From Myxococcales bacterium (GTDB taxonomy: Bacteria > Myxococcota_A > UBA9042 > JABWCM01 > BTVJ01), in contig BTVJ01000035.1 of assembly GCA_045863395.1 (NCBI GenBank), forward strand, positions 1 through 64,000: a DNA stretch of 64,000 bases, in the 5' to 3' direction. The position numbers and the translations under genes are program-made. Under the pieces are notes generated by a model, which saw only the letters and a program-made list of their open reading frames with translations, was not told the DNA's origin and did no database searches. Each line of letters begins with the position of its first letter. Position 1 is the first letter of the stretch. This document shows positions 36,197-45,243 of this stretch, piece after piece.

Positions 36197-36658
36197 CTAC
36201 GCGGAGGTGTTCGAGGGGAGCGGCCCGGCGAGGGCCAGGACGTTGCCATCCGGGTCGGCGAAGTACGCCACCTCGTCCCCCCAGGGGCGCGGCGCGCGGG
36301 CGGAGAGCAGGCGCCCGCCCGCGGACGTCACCCGCTCGACGGTGGTGCCCAGGTCGTCGCACTGGAGGTACACCTCGGTGGCGGTGATCGCCCCAACCGC
36401 GGGCGCGGCGGGGACCAGGCCCACGTTCCGTGCGAAGCCCTCGCGCTGGTAGAGGCCGAAGCGCTGGCCACCGGGGAGCGCGAGCTCCACGTACACAGGC
36501 ACCTCGACCGCCGCGGGCCAGCCGAAGGCTTCACCATAGAAGCGACTCGCGCGGGCAAGGTCCGCCACCGCGAGGATGGTGAGGACATGGCGGGGCGCCG
36601 GTGGAGCGCCCACATCGCCCTGCCGGGTGGAGCCGTGGTCGTGCGCGTCGTGGGTCAT
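36197..36658 (-). CDS. VOC/glyoxalase family protein
   Basis: LAVADLARASRFY, PWGDEVAYFADPDGN. Confidence 0.88.
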   Translation of the reverse strand: MTHDAHDHGSTRQGDVGAPPAPRHVLTILAVADLARASRFYGEAFGWPAAVEVPVYVELALPGGQRFGLYQREGFARNVGLVPAAPAVGAITATEVYLQCDDLGTTVERVTSAGGRLLSARAPRPWGDEVAYFADPDGNVLALAGPLPSNTSA

Positions 36659-36715
36659 GGTCCTCCGCTCTGCGGGGCGACTCCCCGTTGGGGGGCGGTC
36701 AATATGGGGGGACGC

Positions 36716-37186
36716 TCACACCGCCACGTCGACGAGCGTCGCCGCGAGGAGGCGCTGGATCTCCCCGGGTGGGAGGCTCACCAGGAAGCCCCGCTTGCCG
36801 CCGTTGACGTAGACCAGGGGCACGTCGAGCGCGGTCTGCTGCATGTAGAAGGGCATGGCCGTCCGCTGGCCGAAGGGGCTGATGCCGCCTACCTGGTAGC
36901 CCGTGAGCTGCTCGGCGCGCTTCGGATCGCACGGGACGACGAGCTTGACGCCCAGCAGGCGTGCCATGGACTTTGTGCTGACCTCATGGGTGCCGTCCAT
37001 CAGGACCACGAGGGGCGCCTTCTTCTCAGTCTCGAAGATCAGCGTCTTGAGGACGATGGCCGGGTCGACTCCAAGCACGTCGGCGCTGGCCTTGGCGCCC
37101 TTCTTCTCCCAGCGGAAGACGTGGCCCTCGTAGGTGACCCCCTGCTCCCGCAGGAAGCGCACCGCCATGGTGGTCGGCGTCTCCAT
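36716..37186 (-). CDS. ybaK: YbaK/EbsC aminoacyl-tRNA deacylase
   Basis: LKTLI, TGYQVGGISPFG, NGGKRG; TTGACG-17-TACGGT promoter at 37228-37256 (minus). Confidence 0.88.
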   Translation of the reverse strand: METPTTMAVRFLREQGVTYEGHVFRWEKKGAKASADVLGVDPAIVLKTLIFETEKKAPLVVLMDGTHEVSTKSMARLLGVKLVVPCDPKRAEQLTGYQVGGISPFGQRTAMPFYMQQTALDVPLVYVNGGKRGFLVSLPPGEIQRLLAATLVDVAV

Positions 37187-37439
37187 GGTCTCCTCCGTGC
37201 CCGCGTCAGCCCGCCCTGCGGGTCGGGACCGTAGCCCCGAAGCGCGGCGGCGTCAATGGTCCGCGCGCCGAGCCTGCCCGCTTGGCTGATCGTGCGCCCC
37301 GAGGTGGTCGGCGGGGTCGCGTTGTGCCGAGAGTGGGCGCTGTGCCTGGAACACGAGATCGGGGCGCTGGAGGACGCCAGCAGGGAGAGCCTGAGCGGTG
37401 GGCGAGGTCAAGGTCGTCGCTGCGCCTCGCGCCCCCGGC

Positions 37440-38291
37440 TCACCCCCAGTCCGTGCCGGTCCACTCCACGCTGCGGCGCCAGAGCTCGGCGGCCAGCTCC
37501 GGGGTGGCGTGGCGGGAGGGGCGCTTCTCGCGGCTCCTGTCGTAGTAGCGGCCGCTGTGGTCTGCCACCTCCGGGCTCGTCGCGCAGTAGAGGGTCGTCT
37601 GGGCGCCCTCCTCGTTGGTGACCATGAAGAGCGTCACGAGCTTGCGCAGCGGCCAGGGCACGCGGCGCCAGATGTCCGAGGCGACGACCCCCGGGTGGAG
37701 CGCGTATGCCCCCAGCCTCCCCGCCGTGCGCCGCGCCAGCTCCTGCGTGAACAGCACGTTGGCGAGCTTGGAGACGCAGTACTCGTGGAAGCCCGCCATC
37801 GTCGCCGTCGGGCGCCGGACCGCGTCGAAGTCGATGGTCGTCGGGCGGTAGTGGCCGCGGCTCGCCACGGTGACGACGCGGGGCGCCGGCGAAGCGAGCA
37901 GGGCAGGGCGCAGCAGGCAGGTCAGCGCGAAGTGCCCGATGTGGTTGGTGCCGAACTGGAGCTCGAAGCCGTCCGCCGTCGCGCCCCGGTGGCCGGCTAC
38001 ACCGGCGTTGTTGACGAGCAGGTCGAGGCGGTCGTGCTGCTCGTAGAAGGCCGTCGCGCACCGCCGCACGGACTCCAGGGAGCCCAGGTCGAGCTCCAGG
38101 AGGTCCACCCGCGGGTTGCCGGTCTTCTCCCGGAGCTCCTCCACCACCGGGGCGGTCTTCTCGCGGGAGCGGCAGGCCAGCAACACGCGCGCCCCGCCTC
38201 CGGCCAGCTCCAGGGCGGTGTGGCGGCCGATGCCGGTGTTGGCGCCGGTCACGAGGCAGACCGCGTCGGAGACGTTGGCGTGAAGGGTCAT
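37440..38291 (-). CDS. SDR, retinol dehydrogenase/WWOX-like
   Basis: TGANTGIG, NNAG, FGTNHIGHF, YCVSKLAN, LHPGVV. Confidence 0.9.
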   Translation of the reverse strand: MTLHANVSDAVCLVTGANTGIGRHTALELAGGGARVLLACRSREKTAPVVEELREKTGNPRVDLLELDLGSLESVRRCATAFYEQHDRLDLLVNNAGVAGHRGATADGFELQFGTNHIGHFALTCLLRPALLASPAPRVVTVASRGHYRPTTIDFDAVRRPTATMAGFHEYCVSKLANVLFTQELARRTAGRLGAYALHPGVVASDIWRRVPWPLRKLVTLFMVTNEEGAQTTLYCATSPEVADHSGRYYDRSREKRPSRHATPELAAELWRRSVEWTGTDWG

Positions 38292-38381
38292 GGGTGGGCT
38301 CCTTGGCGTCATTCGAGAGGCAGGCGCCAGCCGGGCGTCGCCGATGTGTATGGGCAGCTCCGCAGCTTGCCCCAGGGAGGC

Positions 38382-39185
38382 TCACCCCCCGATCTGTCGC
38401 ACCGCCCGCACGGGCACCCAGCCCTCGAGGCCGTTGGACAGCTCGATGCGGGTCCACTCCGGGTCCGCGGTGTCCACGATGCGCACCTCGAGGCCCTCGG
38501 GGATGGCGTGGGCGGCGGCGTCCGGGTGGCGGCCCTCCTTGAGCTCCGCGTCCTTGGCGACCACGACCCCGAGCCGCGTGCGCGCCGTGACCGAGAGGTT
38601 GCCGACCCAGAGGGTGCCCGTCACGAGCACGATGATCGCAAGCGCGACGGCCGCCCAGCCCAGGCCGGGCGTGGTGCGGAGGCGCCGCGCCGCCAGCAGG
38701 CCGAACAGGGTGATCCAGGCGGCGACGAAGGCCCACTGCACCCCGCTCGCCGGGAGCAGCGTGAAGAAGGTGTAGGACGCCCCATGGGACTCGTCGAAGA
38801 CGAACTGCCCCTTGGCCTCCTTGCGGTAGCGCTCCGTCAGCGCGGCGCGGGCGAGGCCCAGGTTGGCGCGGGCGTCAGTCTCCACCGCTTCGACCGGGTC
38901 CAGGGCGAGGGCGCGCTTGTACCAGTAGACCGCCTCGCCGAGGCGATCCAGCTTGAAGGCTGCGTTGCCGAGGTTGTACGCGAGGGCCGGGTCGTCCACT
39001 CCGAAGCCGTCCACGATGCGCTGCCAGCCGTCGAGGGCGTCCCGGTAGCGCTCCTGGAAGTACGCCTGGTTGGACTGCTCGAACAGCTCGTCGATGGTCT
39101 CGCCCCGCGCCGGGCCCGCCAGCGCCAGCCAGACCAGCACGGCGCAGACGAAGGCGGGCCGCCTCGACCGACGCTCAGGCCGCAT
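38382..39185 (-). CDS. batE: BatE-like TPR + TM + SH3 protein
   Basis: YNLGNAAFKLDRLGEAVYWYKRAL; C-terminal WTRIELSNGLEGWV. Confidence 0.8.
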   Translation of the reverse strand: MRPERRSRRPAFVCAVLVWLALAGPARGETIDELFEQSNQAYFQERYRDALDGWQRIVDGFGVDDPALAYNLGNAAFKLDRLGEAVYWYKRALALDPVEAVETDARANLGLARAALTERYRKEAKGQFVFDESHGASYTFFTLLPASGVQWAFVAAWITLFGLLAARRLRTTPGLGWAAVALAIIVLVTGTLWVGNLSVTARTRLGVVVAKDAELKEGRHPDAAAHAIPEGLEVRIVDTADPEWTRIELSNGLEGWVPVRAVRQIGG

Positions 39186-40965
39186 GCTTCGCCTCCCGTC
39201 CCCGCGCGGCGCCATCGATGTCCCCCAGGAGCCGCCCCGCCCGCTCCAGCGCCTGGCGCATCTCGTCGCCTCGCGTCGAGGCGGGCGCGAAGCGGGCGAA
39301 GTCGCAGTTCTCCAGCTCGGCCACCAGCTCCGCAGCCAGCGCGTCGGGCACGCCGGCCTCCAGCAGGCGGATCCGCAGCGCGTCGTGCGTGAGGCCCTGG
39401 GCGGCCACCCCGAAGCGGTCCTCCACGAACTGGAGCAGCGCCGCCGATGTGGCGCTGAACACCTCGCGGACGTTTCCCTGCTTCATGTGGGCCTCCGCCG
39501 CCCGGAGCTGGGCGCGCGCGGCCGTCAGGGCGCGTCGGGTGCGGAGCGCCCCCGCCTGGGAGGCCTGTCGCCGCTGGAGCTGCCACCGCGCCTCTACGGC
39601 GGCCCACCCGAGGAGCGCGGCCGCGAGCAGGCCCCACACCAGCGGCGAGGGGCGGCCGTTGGTGGCCGCGCGGTTCGCCAGGGACACGCCGGTGACGATG
39701 GGCTTCAGCGTGCTCGCCTCCTGTGAGCTGGCGCCTGCCTCCACCGTCGCGCGGGCCACCTCGACGGTGAGCGGGGCCGTAGACGACTGGACGTAGCGAC
39801 CCGCGCGGGGGTCGAAGCTGTGCAGCGTCAGCGGGGGGAGCGTCAGCGTCCCCGGCCGCGTGGGCGTCACGACGTAGCTGAACCGCACGGCGCCGTGGAT
39901 CCCCGTCGCGTCCCGGACGATGCCGGCCGTGTCCGCGCCCGGGAGCAGGTCGACCCGCGCTCCCTCGACGGCCGGCGGCGTGGGTGGCTTGACGCCCGCC
40001 AGGTTCCCCGAGCCCTCGACGGTGACCGTCAGCACGAGGCGCTCGCCGACGGCGCCAGCTGCATGACCACCCAGATCCGCGGCGATGGAGAGCTGCCCCA
40101 CGTTTGCGGCGCCGAAGCCCGGCGGTCGCCCCTCGGCCGGGAGCGGGAGGACCTCCATCTCCACGGGCTCGCTGCGCACCGTGTAGGTGCGCTGTATGAA
40201 CACGTCGCCCGCCGCGAGCTGCATCTCCATGGGGTCGATGATCGCCTTGCCGGCCTGGAGCGGCACGAGCACGTCCCGCTTGAGGGTGACGACCACGTAG
40301 GTGTGTCGCCCGATCTGGCGGTTGGACCGTGGGTTCTGCCCGCCGAGCAGGTCCTCCGTGGCGAAGCCCGCCAGCTTCGGCGACTGCGTCATGCCGCGGG
40401 CCTCTGCACGCACGTTGGTCCGCACCCACAGGTCGAAGCCCAGGACGAAGGGCTGCCCCTCGTAGACGCGCGCCTCGCTCGCCACGGGCACGATGAAGAA
40501 GGGCTCCCCCGCGTGCCTCGACACGTCCGCCGCCTGGCCTGGTGCCTGCGGATCGACCGGCTTCGGCTCCGCGACCTGGATGGTGATGGGCCCGGCCTGC
40601 GCGACGACCTGCGCCCCGGATAGGAGCCTCGCCTGACCGATGGTCAGGGCGCCGGCGCGGCGGGGCTGGAGCGTGTACGTGAAGATCACCTGGCTCGTGC
40701 GGGTGGCGCCGAGCACGATCTGGCGCTGCTGGCTTGTCCCGGTGACGTTCCAGTCCGTCAGGGACGGCTCCTGCACGCTGTCGAAGTCCCCCTCCAGGCG
40801 GAGCTGGAGCGTCAGCTCGTCGTCTGTGGTGATGGCGCGGGCGCTCGGTTCGAGGGTGATGCTCGCCGCGCTCGCCGCCGTGGGGACGAGCAGGAGCAGC
40901 GCGCAGAGCGGCGCCCACCGCGCCGCGCGGCCCCACGTCGCCCATCTCTCCCGGCCTGGGAGCAT
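39175..40965 (-). CDS. batD: BatD family protein
   Basis: Ig-like BatD repeats (YTLQPRRAGALTIG; VYEGQPF; VGERLVLTVTVEGSGNL), TM, C-terminal 'CDFARFAP'. Confidence 0.85.
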   Translation of the reverse strand: MLPGRERWATWGRAARWAPLCALLLLVPTAASAASITLEPSARAITTDDELTLQLRLEGDFDSVQEPSLTDWNVTGTSQQRQIVLGATRTSQVIFTYTLQPRRAGALTIGQARLLSGAQVVAQAGPITIQVAEPKPVDPQAPGQAADVSRHAGEPFFIVPVASEARVYEGQPFVLGFDLWVRTNVRAEARGMTQSPKLAGFATEDLLGGQNPRSNRQIGRHTYVVVTLKRDVLVPLQAGKAIIDPMEMQLAAGDVFIQRTYTVRSEPVEMEVLPLPAEGRPPGFGAANVGQLSIAADLGGHAAGAVGERLVLTVTVEGSGNLAGVKPPTPPAVEGARVDLLPGADTAGIVRDATGIHGAVRFSYVVTPTRPGTLTLPPLTLHSFDPRAGRYVQSSTAPLTVEVARATVEAGASSQEASTLKPIVTGVSLANRAATNGRPSPLVWGLLAAALLGWAAVEARWQLQRRQASQAGALRTRRALTAARAQLRAAEAHMKQGNVREVFSATSAALLQFVEDRFGVAAQGLTHDALRIRLLEAGVPDALAAELVAELENCDFARFAPASTRGDEMRQALERAGRLLGDIDGAARGREAKHAA

Positions 40966-40975
40966 CCGCCTGTCC

Positions 40976-43900
40976 CTACCAGTCCTTCTCGGGCTCAGTG
41001 TTGCGGAATGGAGACTTCCGCAGCGCGTCGATGGCCTCGAGGTTGTCCAGGTTCCGATCAATCTGCTCCATGGCATCCTCGATCGGGTCTTGCTTCTGGT
41101 CCTTCTGGTCCTTCTTCTCCGGCTCTCTCTGATCCTGGTCCTGATTCTCGTCCTGATCCTGGCCCTTGTCCGGGTCCTGCTGGTCCTGCCCGCTCTGGGG
41201 CGGGGGGGGCGTGTCCAGCCGCAGCACGTAGAAGTTGTGGGCCCCCGGCTTGCCCTGGATCCGGAGCAGCACCGTCTGCTCCTCCTTGGATTCGGGCAGC
41301 GGCACCGTCTCCGCGTTGATCTCGTCGGTGCTCTGCGCGCTCTCCGCGAGCTGCTTCTTCCCCTCGGCGTCGAAGATCGCCAGGTCCAGGTCCCCCTTGG
41401 AGTGCTCGAAGAGGATGGACGCCACCTTGCGCGTGTCCGGCGGCACGGTCACCCGGATCCAGTCCACGTCCCCGTCGCAGATGCGCAGGAGCGCCGTGGA
41501 CGCCTGCTCCTCTCCCGGCACCATCCCGCCGGGCGGCGGCGCCTGGGGTCCCGGGCCCGGGACGTTGGCGCCCACCCCCGGGCGCCCGCCGGGCATCCCC
41601 GGCTGGCCCGAGTGGGGCATCCCCGGCATGCCCGGCTGCCCGGGGGGCATCGGCATCCCCGGCACGCCCGGCATGCTCGGTCGCGGCTGCCCTGGCATCC
41701 CCGGCTGACCCGGGATCATCGGCATCTGCGGGGCCGCCTTGGCGAGCTCCTCCAGTGGCCGGGCCTGCTCCGGCGTGTCGTTGGGTTCAAGCGGGTCGTT
41801 GCCCTCGGGGCACGGCGGCACGACCTTGAGCTGGAGCTGGACCTTGGCTTCCGTGTCCTCGGCGCCGTCGAGCACCACGTAGTAGGTGCCCGGCCCCGGC
41901 GTCAGCAGCGCCGCCATGCGCGCTTGCTCGTGGGCCGCTCCCGTGGTCAGCGTTGCCCCGCTCCCGTCGAGCAGGCGCAGGCGCAGCCCGTCCGGGCGTG
42001 GCTCCTTCTGGGCGCTGGCGAAGGCGAACAGGCTCTCGTCCGCACCGAGAGACACCTGGATCCAGTCCGGGTCTCCCGGGCAGACCCGCAGGGCCATGGG
42101 CTGATCCAAATCCGCCGGCGCCGCGGAACCCATGGAGTCGTTCTCCTCCAGCGCGTCCTCCAGGGCCTCGCAGGCCGGCAGCGCGCGAACCGTCAGCGTC
42201 ACCTTGTACTCGTCGGGCGTGCGCCCTGTGACGCGGACCATGCGGACCCCCTGCTCGGGCGCGACGAAGGCGATTGTAGTGCCCGGGGTGGGGGTGTCAA
42301 TCGACGACAGCGCCGCCTTCGTCCCCCCCATCTCCCACACCTCCACGGCCACCGGCACCCCGTCGGGGGCCGGGTCCGCGCCCTCCTCGGGGGTCGCCTT
42401 TGCCTCGATGCTCACCCGGTCGCCGGGCTCCACCGCGAAGCCGAACCAGTCCTGGTCGTCCGGGCAGAGCACCAGGTCCGCGGTTGCCTCCTTCTCGTCG
42501 TTCTCTTTCGGCTGGAGCTCCAGGGGCTTGGCGTCCTCTGCCCGGTCATTGGGCTCGAAGCCGTCGTTGCGCTTGCTGCACGGCGGATCCACCCGCAGCA
42601 GCGCCACCTCCAGGTTCCACCGGGCGTCCTGGTCGTCGGGGTCCCTGAGCACGAGCTGCTCGAAGCGGCTCACGGCGGCCTCCCACTTTGGCTTGGCCAC
42701 GTCGCCCGTCGGTGGCGCGCCCTCGGGCTCCGCCGCCCCCCCGGCCGCCGCCGCTCCTCTCTCGAGCGCCAGGCCCCACAGCGCGTTGGTGAGGCCCAGG
42801 TTATAGATGATGTCGTCCTCCAGGCCCGGCGGCGCGTCGTCCAGGGCCCGGGCCAGGGCCGACGCAGCCTTCTCCCAGTCTCCCGTCCCCATCAGCGCGG
42901 TTCCGAGGTCGTACTCCAGGGCGCCGCTCGCCGGAAGCTCCTCCCGCGCGGCCTTGTACTTCTCCACGGCGCTGGCCGGATCCCCGTCCGCCAGCGCCTC
43001 GTTCCCCTCGTCGACGAGGCCGCTGGTCGTGCGGAACATCTGTCCCACCGTGGAGTCTGGCGCGCACCCTACCAGCAGGGTCGCCGCCAGCGCCAGGGCG
43101 CGCCGCCGCCGGTCGGACAGCAGCGCCTCCGCGAGCAGGAGCAAGATGGCGGGCAGCAGCAGGACCTGGAACCGGTCCTCCCCCATCTTCTCGAAGCGCG
43201 CCTCGTACTCGCGCTTCTCCAGCTTGTCGATCTCGCGGTAGAGGTCGTCTGCCACCGAGCGGTTGGCGTAGTGGAAGTAGGCCCCGTCGGTCAGCTTCGC
43301 CACCTCGGTCAACAGCCCCTCGTTGAGCTCGCTGATCAGCGGCGTCTTGCCATCCGCCGCCTTCTGGTAGCCTACGATGGAGCCGTCATCCGTCAGCATG
43401 GGGATGGCGTTGCCGCTTCGCGACCCCACCCCGACCGTGAACACCGCGATCCCGGCGTCGGCGATCTCGTCGGCCACCTTCAGTGGGTCGCTGTCGTGGT
43501 CCTCCCCGTCGGTGATCAGTATGATCGCCTTGTGCTTGCTGCCCGCGAACTGGTCTACCTCTCCCTCCTTGTCCTCCCCGGCCTTCGGGGGACTCAGCAC
43601 CTCCAGCGCCAGGCGCAGCGCGCGCCCCACCGCCGTGCCGCCGACGGGCATGTCCGTCACCTCCAGCTCCTGGAGATAGGACCGCACCACCTCGAAGTCG
43701 CTGGTCAGGGGGGTCTGCACGAAGGGGATGCCGGCGAAGGGTACGAGCGCCACACGCCCGCCGTGGAGCTTCTTGAGCAGGGAGTCGATCTCCAGCTTCG
43801 CGCCCCCGAGCCGGTCGGGCACGATATCCCGCACCTTCATGGACTTGCTCACGTCCAGCGCGATGACGATGTCGATGCCCGTGTTGGTGACCTCCCCCTC

Positions 43901-44155
43901 GCGCACGCCGTACAGCGGCTGCATGGCGGCCCCGACCAGCAGCGCCCCCGCGACCACGAGCATGGCGACCTTGGCCCACTGGCGCCCGCGAGACGTCGAG
44001 GCGGCCATGGTCGCCACCAGGGGGTGGTCTCCGAGTCTCCGAAGGACGCTCGCGCGCCACGCCATCAAGGACACGAGCGCCACCAGGGCCACGGCCACCC
44101 CGATGAACCCCCACGCGGCCGGCAGGTTGGCCCACTTGATCGCATCGAAGCTCAT
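40976..44155 (-). CDS. BatB (vWA) - BatC (TPR) fusion with three inserted PPC-like domains
   Basis: ALDVSKSM, PLTSD, ITDGEDH; TPR 'YDLGTAL...YNLG...ARWNLE'; three D-x-x-E-[PE]-ND/C-x-x-D-x-DW repeats; ends EKDW. Confidence 0.85.
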   Translation of the reverse strand: MSFDAIKWANLPAAWGFIGVAVALVALVSLMAWRASVLRRLGDHPLVATMAASTSRGRQWAKVAMLVVAGALLVGAAMQPLYGVREGEVTNTGIDIVIALDVSKSMKVRDIVPDRLGGAKLEIDSLLKKLHGGRVALVPFAGIPFVQTPLTSDFEVVRSYLQELEVTDMPVGGTAVGRALRLALEVLSPPKAGEDKEGEVDQFAGSKHKAIILITDGEDHDSDPLKVADEIADAGIAVFTVGVGSRSGNAIPMLTDDGSIVGYQKAADGKTPLISELNEGLLTEVAKLTDGAYFHYANRSVADDLYREIDKLEKREYEARFEKMGEDRFQVLLLPAILLLLAEALLSDRRRRALALAATLLVGCAPDSTVGQMFRTTSGLVDEGNEALADGDPASAVEKYKAAREELPASGALEYDLGTALMGTGDWEKAASALARALDDAPPGLEDDIIYNLGLTNALWGLALERGAAAAGGAAEPEGAPPTGDVAKPKWEAAVSRFEQLVLRDPDDQDARWNLEVALLRVDPPCSKRNDGFEPNDRAEDAKPLELQPKENDEKEATADLVLCPDDQDWFGFAVEPGDRVSIEAKATPEEGADPAPDGVPVAVEVWEMGGTKAALSSIDTPTPGTTIAFVAPEQGVRMVRVTGRTPDEYKVTLTVRALPACEALEDALEENDSMGSAAPADLDQPMALRVCPGDPDWIQVSLGADESLFAFASAQKEPRPDGLRLRLLDGSGATLTTGAAHEQARMAALLTPGPGTYYVVLDGAEDTEAKVQLQLKVVPPCPEGNDPLEPNDTPEQARPLEELAKAAPQMPMIPGQPGMPGQPRPSMPGVPGMPMPPGQPGMPGMPHSGQPGMPGGRPGVGANVPGPGPQAPPPGGMVPGEEQASTALLRICDGDVDWIRVTVPPDTRKVASILFEHSKGDLDLAIFDAEGKKQLAESAQSTDEINAETVPLPESKEEQTVLLRIQGKPGAHNFYVLRLDTPPPPQSGQDQQDPDKGQDQDENQDQDQREPEKKDQKDQKQDPIEDAMEQIDRNLDNLEAIDALRKSPFRNTEPEKDW

Positions 44156-45243
44156 GGGAACTTCCTCAGGACGGTGGCGCGCAGCACGACCTCGAGCCCG
44201 ATGAGGGCCCCGGCGATCAGCACGAAGGGCGGGAACACGTCCCGGTCATGCCAGCGCACCTTGGTCTCGAAGGTGGTCTTCTCCAGCTCCTTCCAGTCCT
44301 CGCGAAACTTGTCCTCGTCGTAGGATTCGAAGTACTTGCCGCCCGTGCGCTCCGCGATGGTCCGCAGGAGCTGGGGGTTCGTGGTGAACGGCCGGTTCGG
44401 CCGCTCGTAGCTGACCTCGCCCCACGGGTTGCGCATGGGCACGTGGGTCTTGGTCTCGTCCCCCACCAGGAACGTGAAGATGCGGACCTTCTCGTCCTTC
44501 GGGCGCGTCGCGATGTACTCGAGCACGGTCTCCGGCTGGAGCTTGCCCCCCTCGTTGGCGCCGTCGGTGATCAGGACCATGACCTTCGTCTTGGTCTTGC
44601 TCTGCTGGAGGCGCCGCCACGCCCGCGACATGGCGTCGCCGATGGCCGTCCCCGCGCCGCTGATCGTGCAGCCGTTGGAGCAGGTGTCCGTCCCGCGCGC
44701 GCGCTCCCCGTTGTCCAGCACGAGCCCCCGCAGGATGGCCCGCACCCGGGCGTAGTCCAGCGTCAGCGGGAACTTGAGGAAGGCCTTCTCGCCGAAGATC
44801 ACGAGGCCGACCCGGTCGCCGTTGCGCGAGCCGACGAAGTCCATCAGCACCGAGCGCGCCACCTCGAAGCGGTTCTTCGGGGTCTTCCGCTCGGCCAGGG
44901 TGGCGCGGATCTCCTCCGGCGTCCGGTCGACGGCCTGCATGGAGCCGCTCATGTCGAGCGCGAGCATCACGTCGACGCCCTCCCCCTGAAGCACCTCGTT
45001 GTCGGGCACCTGGGGCCTGGCCATGGCGACGACGAGCAGCGCGAGGGCGAAAAGCCGCAGCACGTCCGGTAGCCGCACGAGCCGAACCAGGACCCCCGTC
45101 CCCACCCGGTCGAGGGTCGGAGTGTTGGCATAGCGCAGTGCCCCGTCGCCGCGGCGCCAGCGGGTGACGACCCAGGCAGCGCCTGCGACCACGGCCACGA
45201 GGAGCAGCAGGAACCAGGGCTGGGCGAAGTGCAGGTCTCCCAT
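44152..45243 (-). CDS. batA: BatA vWA domain protein
   Basis: FAQPWFLLLL, AMARPQ, ALDMSGSM, DRVGLVIFG, GTAIGDA, LITDG. Confidence 0.88.
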   Translation of the reverse strand: MGDLHFAQPWFLLLLVAVVAGAAWVVTRWRRGDGALRYANTPTLDRVGTGVLVRLVRLPDVLRLFALALLVVAMARPQVPDNEVLQGEGVDVMLALDMSGSMQAVDRTPEEIRATLAERKTPKNRFEVARSVLMDFVGSRNGDRVGLVIFGEKAFLKFPLTLDYARVRAILRGLVLDNGERARGTDTCSNGCTISGAGTAIGDAMSRAWRRLQQSKTKTKVMVLITDGANEGGKLQPETVLEYIATRPKDEKVRIFTFLVGDETKTHVPMRNPWGEVSYERPNRPFTTNPQLLRTIAERTGGKYFESYDEDKFREDWKELEKTTFETKVRWHDRDVFPPFVLIAGALIGLEVVLRATVLRKFP

